The notes under the pieces are model-generated. The model made no database searches. It was not told where the DNA came from and was given only the letters and a program-made list of their open reading frames with translations. From Promethearchaeota archaeon (GTDB taxonomy: Archaea > Asgardarchaeota > Lokiarchaeia > Sigyniarchaeales > SOKP01): a stretch of 64,000 nt of DNA. The stretch lies in the NCBI GenBank assembly GCA_016839555.1, contig JAEOUA010000007.1, positions 192,001 through 256,000 of the forward strand, given 5' to 3'. Positions within the stretch are counted from its first letter, which is position 1, and every line of letters starts with the position of its first letter. Both the position numbers and the translations under genes were made by a program. Positions 51,414 to 60,873 of this stretch are shown here, piece after piece.

Positions 51414-51824
51414 TTAATATTCAGTTAGAATATGAAATATTTTCAATAATGGTAAAACTTTAAATAATCCTTTCAACTTTACGTCTCCAGATATCCATTT
51501 TAAAGCTAATTTTATTAAGGATAAACGCTTCATTGCAAAAGCTAGAAAAGTTTGAGAATCCATAGAAATAAATCCATCCCACTTAATATTTTTCTTGTTT
51601 AAATTGGATTTGGGTTTATTCGGTACACTTTGAATAATTAAATTTCCTCTATCAATCGTGATTAAAGCAGCATAATTTAAATTTGAAGCATTGAGAAGAA
51701 ATTTACATTGAGTTTTTCTAAAAGTTTCTTGAAACTTAGCATTATCATTTAAAGACCCCATTACATTATTTATAAGTCCAGCAAAGCCTATTGGTTTATC
51801 TATAATAATATCAGATATCTTCAT
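51414..51824 (-). CDS. SCP2 (sterol carrier protein 2)-like lipid-binding protein
   Basis: WDGFISMD...FLAFA...WISGDVKLKG. Confidence 0.7.
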   Translation of the reverse strand: MKISDIIIDKPIGFAGLINNVMGSLNDNAKFQETFRKTQCKFLLNASNLNYAALITIDRGNLIIQSVPNKPKSNLNKKNIKWDGFISMDSQTFLAFAMKRLSLIKLALKWISGDVKLKGLFKVLPLLKIFHILTEY

Positions 51825-53398
51825 TTATTATCCCTCTCTTTTTTTCCTGAAATGTAAAATCCAGAATCAGCAATTCCATTTGGGTCAAACGCAGCTTTAA
51901 TTTTTCTTAACCATATATGATAATTCATCATAAGTGGACCCCATTGATCATGGAGATGATCTCCTTCAATAAAGAATGGAGCACCTAAATGCTTAATTAA
52001 ATCCATTTGATTACTTTCTTCCATGTAATCGGCTATGCCTTTAACACTATGTTCATTTGTTTGGTCAAACATAGTAGGTGATTCCATATGGAAATAATGA
52101 CCCCCTTCATAACTAGTCATCCAGGCACCTTCCCCAAAATCATTTGCAATTACCTCATTTTTGATATATTTCTGCTTTAAAGGGATGTTAGCCTTTTCTG
52201 CGCTAAAACATAAGGATGCAGTATCACATTGACCTTTGGAAGATTGAAACCCCCCTGTTGCAATAAAGCCATGATATCCTAAATTTGCTCGTAAACATTC
52301 AGCATAAAAGATAGATGGTGGTGTATACTTAGTTCCTATAAGATTCTTTAGCTTAAACTTTTTTAAAATATTTTCCATTACTTTTTGCTTATAATCAAAT
52401 TCTCTTTTAGTATGAGCACCTATAACAACAACTAAAGGTAATTTTAAGGTCCCAATTGTCATTTTATTAATTAAACTTTCTATACTAAATGAAAAAATTG
52501 CCATAACGGCCATACTTGACATATGACTTACTATAAAGGCTATTTCTTCTTGTTCTATTTGAATTAATGCATTTTCTAATTTTTTCCAGCTTTTGCAATC
52601 AAACACATAAGCTCTAATATAGTTTGGAATCTCAAAATCATATAATGGAGAGTGCCCTTTTAAATTAAATTTAGTTTCAGTAGGATATGGAAAGAGCTTA
52701 ATACCAACTTTCGTAAAAACTCCAATTCCAGACTTGGCCCCCACCCATCCTCTCATAATACCTCTTAAGCTAGGTCCTGGTCCATCACCATTATACCAAT
52801 CGGGATTATTTTTTAATCCGATTGATCCTAACCTTAAAATTTCTCCTGTTGGTAATACCCATTCTACTCCCAAAACATTTCTTGCACTATGTCCTGTTTG
52901 AGGTGAGGTGAAACCTGGACCCGCCATAGATGTATGGCTCGCTAGAGGTGATGCCATGGGTCCTGCTCCGGGCATATGAACGTTTAGACCATATTTCATG
53001 ACCTCAGCTTGTAGTTGGGCACCACTAACATAAGACTCCACCACTGCATAAAGATTTTTGACATCAATTTTTACAATCTTATTCATTCTACGGAGATCTA
53101 GTATTACAGAATTATCTGTGGATGGTTGATTCCAAGGACCCAGACCTGTACTCTGTGCTTTGAAAGTAATCTTATATTTATTACAAATCTGAATAATTTT
53201 CTGTACCTCTTCTGTAGACGCGGGCAATATAACTGCTTTTGGAACAGCAGAAAAGGGGATAGGGTCCTTTCCATTCATATAATTTACAAATTCAGTGCAC
53301 CAATTGTATGCATATACATTTGTTATTACTTCTCCATCATTAATATTCTCATTACCGACAATTTCTTGAAATTCTTCTAAAATTTTATTTTCCAACAT
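51821..53398 (-). CDS. FAD-binding oxidoreductase (VAO/GlcD family)
   Basis: VILPASTEEV, LDLRRMNKI, VLGVEWVLPTGE, GIGVFTK, KIKAAFDPNG. Confidence 0.9.
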   Translation of the reverse strand: MLENKILEEFQEIVGNENINDGEVITNVYAYNWCTEFVNYMNGKDPIPFSAVPKAVILPASTEEVQKIIQICNKYKITFKAQSTGLGPWNQPSTDNSVILDLRRMNKIVKIDVKNLYAVVESYVSGAQLQAEVMKYGLNVHMPGAGPMASPLASHTSMAGPGFTSPQTGHSARNVLGVEWVLPTGEILRLGSIGLKNNPDWYNGDGPGPSLRGIMRGWVGAKSGIGVFTKVGIKLFPYPTETKFNLKGHSPLYDFEIPNYIRAYVFDCKSWKKLENALIQIEQEEIAFIVSHMSSMAVMAIFSFSIESLINKMTIGTLKLPLVVVIGAHTKREFDYKQKVMENILKKFKLKNLIGTKYTPPSIFYAECLRANLGYHGFIATGGFQSSKGQCDTASLCFSAEKANIPLKQKYIKNEVIANDFGEGAWMTSYEGGHYFHMESPTMFDQTNEHSVKGIADYMEESNQMDLIKHLGAPFFIEGDHLHDQWGPLMMNYHIWLRKIKAAFDPNGIADSGFYISGKKERDNK

Positions 53399-53400
53399 TT

Positions 53401-54720
53401 TTAAGAAATCTCACCCTTTGCTTGTTTTAATTTTTCAGAATCTAAACCTAAAGCCATTAAAATAAGTTCACTTATATCATAAAACTTTAATTTAGAACCA
53501 CTATCTTTTATTCCATCTTTAAGATTTGTAGAACAAAATGGACATGCTGAAACTAAAATATTTGCTCCCGAGTCTTCAGCTTCTTCCACTCTGATAGTCG
53601 CGGTTTTAATAGCCATCTCAGGAAATGCCGACTTCACGCCCGCTCCCGCTCCGCAGCAATATGCATATTCCTTAATTCTCTCCATTTCCAATAACGTTAA
53701 TCCAGGTATTTTATTTAAAATATTTCTAGGAGCATCATATACACCCTTAGATCCTGTTCTCTTAGGTTTAGGAGGGATATTAATGTTAACTAAAGGCATT
53801 ATTGGAACTTCATCTCCTTCCCATTCTTCATACCTTTCAGCATTTCTTCCTAAATGACATGGATCATGATAAGTTACTGTAAGAGGGACTTGATTTGTAA
53901 GTTTTAATTTTCCCGTATTTATAAGATCCTCAAAAAACTCTACTGTATGTAATACTTTAAAATCATATTTTCTATAAAGAGGATAATCCACCTTAAAAGT
54001 ATCATAGCATCCTGCACAACTAAAAACCACTAATTCAATCCCTTTTTTTTCAATAATATCTAAATTTTTATTTAATTGCTCTTTAAATGTTTTTATATCT
54101 CCAGTTCGATATGTTGGACTTCCACAGCAATATTCTTCATCATACAAAATATCAAATGAAATTCCTGCCTCCTTCATTATACGAGCTGTGGCTATTGCTA
54201 TTTCTTTTCTTCTATAAGAAGAAGTGCATCCTACGTAATATAGAATTTTTGCTTGAGGATCGGGTTTTATATCATCAGGAATCCAAGCTGTCCTCTGCTC
54301 GTGCGGTTCATTATAAGGATTATTAACTATTTTCATGGCTTCAGTGTATTTTTTTTGTTTAGGCATTGGACCATAGCCTGAATCAACTAATTTCTCTCTT
54401 AATCTCATAATAATTTCTAATGGTTTAAGATTGTTCATATATTTACAAGCAACCGCACAATTTCCACAGGCAGTACATTTATAGACTATATCTAGGAGCT
54501 CTTTCGTTGGTTTTATCCTACCCATCTCATATGCTAAAGCAAGAATAATTCTTCCCCCTCCACTATATGGATGAAAATTATAAATATCTATTGCTGGACA
54601 GGAAGTTGCATATTTTAGGCTTTTTATTTGGACTTGAGGAATCCATTTACATACAGAGCAGCGAAGACAACGTTTTATCATTTTATGATATTCTTCTTCT
54701 GGAAAATGATCAATCGTCAA
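53401..54720 (-). CDS. Fe-S oxidoreductase, ferredoxin plus 2x CCG (GlcF/HdrD-like)
   Basis: CLRCSVC, CTACGNC, YVGC, CCGS, CAGC, YHDPCHLGR, CCGAG, ACPFC. Confidence 0.92.
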   Translation of the reverse strand: MTIDHFPEEEYHKMIKRCLRCSVCKWIPQVQIKSLKYATSCPAIDIYNFHPYSGGGRIILALAYEMGRIKPTKELLDIVYKCTACGNCAVACKYMNNLKPLEIIMRLREKLVDSGYGPMPKQKKYTEAMKIVNNPYNEPHEQRTAWIPDDIKPDPQAKILYYVGCTSSYRRKEIAIATARIMKEAGISFDILYDEEYCCGSPTYRTGDIKTFKEQLNKNLDIIEKKGIELVVFSCAGCYDTFKVDYPLYRKYDFKVLHTVEFFEDLINTGKLKLTNQVPLTVTYHDPCHLGRNAERYEEWEGDEVPIMPLVNINIPPKPKRTGSKGVYDAPRNILNKIPGLTLLEMERIKEYAYCCGAGAGVKSAFPEMAIKTATIRVEEAEDSGANILVSACPFCSTNLKDGIKDSGSKLKFYDISELILMALGLDSEKLKQAKGEIS

Positions 54721-56173
54721 AACAAAGCATCCCTGGATTTAAAATATTATTTGGATCAAATATTTTTTTTACTTTTTTAAGTGCAATAATATTTTCTTTA
54801 CTATAGTTTGCAAAGGTTTCCTTTGCCCATAAAATATAAGGCCGATTAAAAAAAGCTCCTGAATTTATTAATTTAGAACTAATATCTATGAAATTTTTTT
54901 TAATATCTGAAATTAAATTTCCATTTTTTATATCGTAAAAAAGATCAAATTCACAATGATATGAAGTTCCTTGATTTATAGCTTGAATATATATTCCTAA
55001 ATCTAATTTAGTCATTTTCTCTACTATTGAAATGAATTTAGGAATGTTTTCAAAATCAGTTATGAAAAAGATGTCTTGAAAAGCGCCTTTTAATCTACTT
55101 CTCCAGGGATTGCGAGTTGGTTGGTTTAAAGCAGTTAGAATCTCTTTTTCACTAATAGGACTAATTTTTTTTAAATGATCTTTCTTTATATTTTTTAAAA
55201 TATCCTTGATATCTGCTTCTTGATATGATATTTTATCATGTGCAAACTTACCACGACCAGATAAAACATAAATTAAATTCCATTTTTCTAATGAAGATGA
55301 TAAATCCAAAATAGCTTGTGTATTTTTTTTTACTAAAGATGCTAAATTTAAATTATTTAATATGAATATTTCATCTCCTAATCGATATTTTAGTAGCTCA
55401 TATTGAACGTCTAATAAATCTTGAATATTATTTGATTGAAGATGGAATACTTTCTGAAGGTTCGGTAATAATTCTAATTTAAGAGTTGCCCATGTAACAA
55501 CTCCTATACTACCTTGAGCACCTTGTACTATTCTATAAGGACTGAAATGAGTGGGACCCATTGGATTTACTTGAGCTGCTCCCGCTTTTCGCTGCTGTTT
55601 TATAGTCCCTGGACCTGCAGCAGTTCCTGTCCTGAATCGATCTCCTGTTCCAAAAACCAATTCAGTACATAATAAAGGATCTGAACTATCCCAATGATAA
55701 CGTGGAATTGTTATTGGGACTCTTTCTAGAGCCGTTGTTAACACGGACTTACCATCTCTTGGAGTTAAAGGTATTAAAATCCTCAATCCTTTTTTTTTAA
55801 GGATTGGAATTAATTTCCCAAAGGTTACTCCGGGTTCTATCATAACCACTCTATTTTTTTTATCAATATTAAGAATCTTATTCATTTTTGAGAGATCCAA
55901 TATTATAGAATTATCTTTCTGAGGAATAGTGTCACCATGATATTTTATAGGAGATTTTGAACTAATTGGTATGACAGAAAGATCATTTAAATTAGCTAAT
56001 TTTAAAAATGCTTCAATTTGACTTACTTTACCACCCCATACAACATATATAGGTTTATTTCCCTGGGCAAAGCTTAAATCTTGAGAGTATTTCTCTAAAA
56101 TTTCAGTATCTTTTGAAACATATTTACTCCCAAATATTTTAATCAATTTTTGATAAATATTATCTTCGGTCAT
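54710..56173 (-). CDS. FAD-binding oxidoreductase (VAO/GlcD family)
   Basis: LDLSKMNKI, IEPGVT, GAQGSIGVVT, KKIFDPNNILNPG. Confidence 0.9.
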   Translation of the reverse strand: MTEDNIYQKLIKIFGSKYVSKDTEILEKYSQDLSFAQGNKPIYVVWGGKVSQIEAFLKLANLNDLSVIPISSKSPIKYHGDTIPQKDNSIILDLSKMNKILNIDKKNRVVMIEPGVTFGKLIPILKKKGLRILIPLTPRDGKSVLTTALERVPITIPRYHWDSSDPLLCTELVFGTGDRFRTGTAAGPGTIKQQRKAGAAQVNPMGPTHFSPYRIVQGAQGSIGVVTWATLKLELLPNLQKVFHLQSNNIQDLLDVQYELLKYRLGDEIFILNNLNLASLVKKNTQAILDLSSSLEKWNLIYVLSGRGKFAHDKISYQEADIKDILKNIKKDHLKKISPISEKEILTALNQPTRNPWRSRLKGAFQDIFFITDFENIPKFISIVEKMTKLDLGIYIQAINQGTSYHCEFDLFYDIKNGNLISDIKKNFIDISSKLINSGAFFNRPYILWAKETFANYSKENIIALKKVKKIFDPNNILNPGMLCFDD

Positions 56174-56520
56174 AATGTGAATAATGCCTCTCTATTGATT
56201 TTTATAAATTTAAAATTCATATTTTTCATTAGATCTTATTATCTATTTTAATAAAAAATTTTGATGAATTTATATTAATTATTTTTTAATTTAATTTCAA
56301 AGTAATTTTGAAATAATTTTGTAGGTTTTTATTTTACTTATTTTTATAATAATTTTTTATCATGTTCAAGATCCATGTTAATATATCAGATATTGGAGGG
56401 ACCTCTTATTAATTAGGAATATTTAATTGATATTAAGGAAACACAATTAAAGTATAAAAAATTATTTATTTCATTATTGATGGATTTCAATTTAAATCAA
56501 ATTAAGGAGGGAATTATAAT

Positions 56521-57939
56521 ATGAATTCCTATGATATAGTTGTTGTAGGAGGTGGACCTGGGGGTTCCATGGCAGCCAAAGTAGCTGCTGAAAAAGGTTT
56601 AAAAGTAATTTTTTTTGAACGAGGAAGAAAACCAGGTGAGAAAAATTCTTCTGGATGCGGTCTTGGACCCAGAATGTGGCGAAAATGGCCTAATATGATG
56701 AAAGAATTAACTCCTGATAAATGCCCATCATTAAGAGAAGGTCGATATGCAAGAAATTATTTAGTTGATAAAGATGGTGAAGTATCTGCCATGATATTAG
56801 CTAGACCGACTAAATCTGTCACTTATGAACCAGCAAAAAGATTTATTACGATGAATTGTTATCGCAGTGAATTTGATCCTTGGATGGCAGAATTTGCTAC
56901 TAACGCTGGTGCTGAATTAAAAACTTCAACTTTAATAAAAGGATTAATCAAAGAAAAAGGAAAAATAATAGGTGTAATTGACGAAAAAGGAGAAAAATAT
57001 ATAGCTCCTATTGTAATAGGTGCTGATGGAGCTATTTCTACAGTGGCTAAAGATGCGGGATTGCGAAATAAATGGTATCATGATCATATAACACTCGTTC
57101 CGCAATATGATTTTTATGCTCCTAAAGAAAAAATTGATTTAATTATGCATGAGGAAGCACTCGCTGTGTGGTGGATGGCAGGGGGCATACCAAGTGCTTA
57201 CCAAGTTTTTTTTGCTGATGGGTTTCATATAGGTTTAGGAAATTGGATGCATTCATGGGAAAAAAATCCATTATATTATCTAAATTATACAGTTAATTTA
57301 ACACATTTTCAACGATTAATTAAGATGTTAGATGCCAAACCTAGAGAATTACAAGCACATCTCTTACCTTGGATGCCGTATCCAACAAAAACTTATACAG
57401 ACAATGTTATGCTTATTGGTGATGCAGGAGGATTCCCATGTCCTTTAGAGGCAGAAGGGATTTTTCCAGCTATGGAAACTGCTGAAATTGCAGTTGAAGT
57501 AGCCGCTGAGGCTATTGCAGAAGGAGATTGCTCAAGAAATAAATTAAAAGAATATGAAACAAGATGGCAACAATCTTCTGTAGGTGTTGAATTCGAAGCG
57601 GGGCCAGAGTTGTGGAATATTTGGAAAGCTCTCCCTTTTAATAAAAATAATATGAATTGGTTTATCCCGATGATAAGTGAGGTTTTAACAGGTATTTTTG
57701 ATTGGTCAGAACCTCATAAAATTCGACTAAGACAAATTTTAGTAGAAACAAAAAAGTATTTGCCACAAGCAATGCCTTTACTGATTAAGGAGTTTATTCC
57801 TCTATTTTTAAAAGTACTTGAGGATGATATGGATCAAATATTCGATCCAAAAATGTTATCTAAACTAATGAATGCCTTCCCTGCACTATTAAAATTGATA
57901 CCGAAAAATAAAAAAAAACGGAGGCCTAATAAAAAATGA
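56521..57939 (+). CDS. FixC/geranylgeranyl-reductase-like flavoprotein
   Basis: VVGGGPGG, ERGRKPGEKN, RSEFDPW, GADG, IGDAGG; preceded by AAGGAGG. Confidence 0.88.
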   Translation: MNSYDIVVVGGGPGGSMAAKVAAEKGLKVIFFERGRKPGEKNSSGCGLGPRMWRKWPNMMKELTPDKCPSLREGRYARNYLVDKDGEVSAMILARPTKSVTYEPAKRFITMNCYRSEFDPWMAEFATNAGAELKTSTLIKGLIKEKGKIIGVIDEKGEKYIAPIVIGADGAISTVAKDAGLRNKWYHDHITLVPQYDFYAPKEKIDLIMHEEALAVWWMAGGIPSAYQVFFADGFHIGLGNWMHSWEKNPLYYLNYTVNLTHFQRLIKMLDAKPRELQAHLLPWMPYPTKTYTDNVMLIGDAGGFPCPLEAEGIFPAMETAEIAVEVAAEAIAEGDCSRNKLKEYETRWQQSSVGVEFEAGPELWNIWKALPFNKNNMNWFIPMISEVLTGIFDWSEPHKIRLRQILVETKKYLPQAMPLLIKEFIPLFLKVLEDDMDQIFDPKMLSKLMNAFPALLKLIPKNKKKRRPNKK

Positions 57940-58205
57940 AAATAGAGCTTGAAGGATTATCAAAACATATTCCTGGAACTGGAGACTTTATTATATTTGA
58001 TAGTGAAAAGTGCAATAATTGTGATATGTGTCTAAAAATCTGTGTAATGAATTTATGGAAAAAGAAGGATGGAAAAATTTACATAGTAGATGATTATAAA
58101 AAGAAATGTTTAGAGTGTGGAGCTTGTTATATGGTATGTGACCCCGGTGCTATAGATTTCAGTTATCCTAGTGGAGGTACTGGTGTAGTTTTTGAACAGG
58201 GATGA
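57936..58205 (+). CDS. FixX-like 2[4Fe-4S] ferredoxin
   Basis: CNNCDMCLKIC, CLECGACYMVC, YPSGGTGV; overlaps the upstream gene by 4 bp. Confidence 0.9.
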   Translation: MKIELEGLSKHIPGTGDFIIFDSEKCNNCDMCLKICVMNLWKKKDGKIYIVDDYKKKCLECGACYMVCDPGAIDFSYPSGGTGVVFEQG

Positions 58206-58793
58206 TTCTTTCGACAGCATCCTTCGGTGAAAGGAATTTATAACCTCAACGCTCTGCTTGAGTGTTTAAATTAGATATGAATGTTGTTATTTTTTTTAAA
58301 TAATATATTACTTCAACTTTTTATAAATATTTAAAAGGATATGTTTCGGCAATAAAATTTTCTTCAAAATTTCAAAGACACTTATTATTCCGGAAGGTAA
58401 AAAATGTACAATCAAATTCTTTGAAGATGGTTTTTCGATTTATGGAATTGATTTTCAATACAAGAATTAATTTTTAACAAGAAAACTGAAGATAGGTTTC
58501 AATTCAAAAAGTAGATTATCCACATCTAACAGTTTTTAGACATCTAGAGAAACTCTCTGCTGATAGGATTTAATCTTTCTTTTCTCTTTTTATTCTATTT
58601 AAAACAAAATATTGCAAGAATATTATAAATTCTCATCCCTTTAGCTTTTAAATTTTATATGATTTGTAATCTTCCTAAATCAAGCAAAACTTTATTATTA
58701 AATCTAACAAAAAATAAATTAAGATTAATTTTTTACTAAAAAAGATTGTTTCTCAAAAAATAATAATTAGAAAAAAAAAATAGATGTAATGTT

Positions 58794-59642
58794 ATGGTAG
58801 AAGAAAATAATTTAAATCCTTTTAAAGGGAAAGTAGCTATTATTCCTGGTGGGTCAAAAGGGATGGGTAAAGCAACTGCTAGACATTTTGTTGAATTAGG
58901 AGGTAGTGTATGTATAATAGCGAGAAATCTCGAAATTTTAAAACAAGCTGCTCAAGAAATAGAAAGTAAAAAAACCGATGAATCTCAGTTTATTGAAATA
59001 ATATCATGCGATGCAACAGATATGGATAAGTTAAAACCGTTGCTTACTGATTTTATTAATAAACACGGAACTCCAGATTATTTATTTAATTTTGTTGGTT
59101 TTGCAATTGTCCAATATCTTGAGAAATTAACCCTTGAAGATTTTAAAAGGAATATGGATGTGAATTATTATGGCCAATTAGTTCCTACTCTCATTATTTT
59201 ACCATATTTTATGGAAGCTAAAAAGGGATATATATCTTTTACATCTTCAGTTTTGGGATTTATGGCAATTATGGGTTATAGTACTTATGTTCCAAGCAAA
59301 TTCGCTATTGTTGGCTTAGCAGAAATTTTAAGACACGAACTATTACCTTACAATATTAAAGTCTCAATACTTTTTCCTACAGATACAGATACTCCTGGTT
59401 TTGCGGAAGAAAATAAGCTCAAACCACAAGAATGTAAAATTATTTCAGAATCGGGAACAATTATGACCGCAGATGAAGTAGCTGAAGTGTTTATAGATGG
59501 CGTATTAAATGAGATTTTTGAAATTTTACCCGGTGAAGCGGCTCTCCAAATAAAAGATATGAGAGAAAATCCTGCTGATATACGAGGTGTATTAGACAGC
59601 CTTTATAAACGCGCTAGGCGTAAAACTAAAAGAAAAATTTAA
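58794..59642 (+). CDS. KDSR-like short-chain dehydrogenase/reductase
   Basis: GGSKGMG, YVPSK, FPTDTDTPGFAEENKLKP. Confidence 0.88.
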   Translation: MVEENNLNPFKGKVAIIPGGSKGMGKATARHFVELGGSVCIIARNLEILKQAAQEIESKKTDESQFIEIISCDATDMDKLKPLLTDFINKHGTPDYLFNFVGFAIVQYLEKLTLEDFKRNMDVNYYGQLVPTLIILPYFMEAKKGYISFTSSVLGFMAIMGYSTYVPSKFAIVGLAEILRHELLPYNIKVSILFPTDTDTPGFAEENKLKPQECKIISESGTIMTADEVAEVFIDGVLNEIFEILPGEAALQIKDMRENPADIRGVLDSLYKRARRKTKRKI

Positions 59643-59876
59643 TTTATTTCATTATTTATTTTTTTTTTTTGAATTTGAAAGAAAGATTGTTATTTCTTTT
59701 GCATGGATTTTATAAATTTCTTAATTTCAAACCATCTTAAGATAAGATATAAAACAATTTTGAAAGATTAAAATTTATTTTATAAGCAACTTAACTTAAC
59801 TTTTAATCAAATTTGAAAATAAAAAATAAAAATAAAAAATAAATATAAAATTATTTAGAACAATTTGTAGGACTTT

Positions 59877-60350
59877 TTATTTTTTCCTTCTTCTTTTAAC
59901 TGTTTGCTGAAATTCTAGTAAGGCCCCAAAGGTATTTTCAGTATCAAAATAGGCAAACCATTGTTTTCCAATTTTACCAGATTGTAATACTTCTATCCCT
60001 TTTTTTTTAAATTCATCTATAGTTGCTTGTAAATCTTCAACATACATACCTACACTATGAAGCCCCTCCTTTCCTTGATCGAGAAATTCTTTAAAAAGAC
60101 AATCTCCGCACGCTTCCGCTGGTTCTTGTAGCTCTATTTGGATGCCAAATAGACGGCTAAAGGCGTAATTTACAACTATTGACACTTCTTTACCATGGAA
60201 TGTTGCTTCTTCATGAATTATGTTTTCCATAACAGCGAATTTTATACCGTATGTATCTTCCATTATTTTCGCCTGTTTTTTGATATCCTTGTATACGAAG
60301 CTCAATTGTTCTACTTTTAAATTCACTAAATTTAAGTCAAAATTTTCCAT
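59877..60350 (-). CDS. VOC/glyoxalase family (methylmalonyl-CoA epimerase-like)
   Basis: QIELQEP, GKEGLHSVG, AYFDT, LLEF. Confidence 0.85.
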   Translation of the reverse strand: MENFDLNLVNLKVEQLSFVYKDIKKQAKIMEDTYGIKFAVMENIIHEEATFHGKEVSIVVNYAFSRLFGIQIELQEPAEACGDCLFKEFLDQGKEGLHSVGMYVEDLQATIDEFKKKGIEVLQSGKIGKQWFAYFDTENTFGALLEFQQTVKRRRKK

Positions 60351-60873
60351 TTTTAATCATTAAACCAATTTAATCTTTTGAATATTATATTTAAAATAAT
60401 TTTTTAAAATTATCCCCATAAAATTAATTTATTATTACAGATTTAACAGATATTTCAGTAAAATCTATAATATTGCGATGATTGTATCAATTATATTTAT
60501 TCACTCTTTCTAAATGCATATTTATAGTTTTTTTAAAAGATTTATTTAGACAATATGTTATAGGTTATATGATTTTAAAAGAATTATTATTAACTCAAAA
60601 ATTTTAAATAAGAGAGATTGTTCTCATTTTATTTTTTAAATAATTCGTAGAAATAAAAAACCATATTTTTAATTAAATTTTTCATCGAAATATTCAAGGA
60701 AATTTAACTTAATTTTTATTTATACATTGAATTGATTTATAGAAATGAAATTCTTTATTTGATAAATTCTGACTTATCCTTCTATTTATTTGTTTACTCT
60801 TTTGAATATTAATATTAGAATTTACTTGATTTAGATAGTTTTTTAAATTTTAACAGCATAAAAATATTTAATT

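Noticed and set aside
58196-58265. Selenocysteine readthrough of the ferredoxin TGA with a SECIS
   Set aside because: The protein is complete at the usual FixX C-terminus, the TGA is not at a Cys position, and the hairpin lacks a convincing SECIS core
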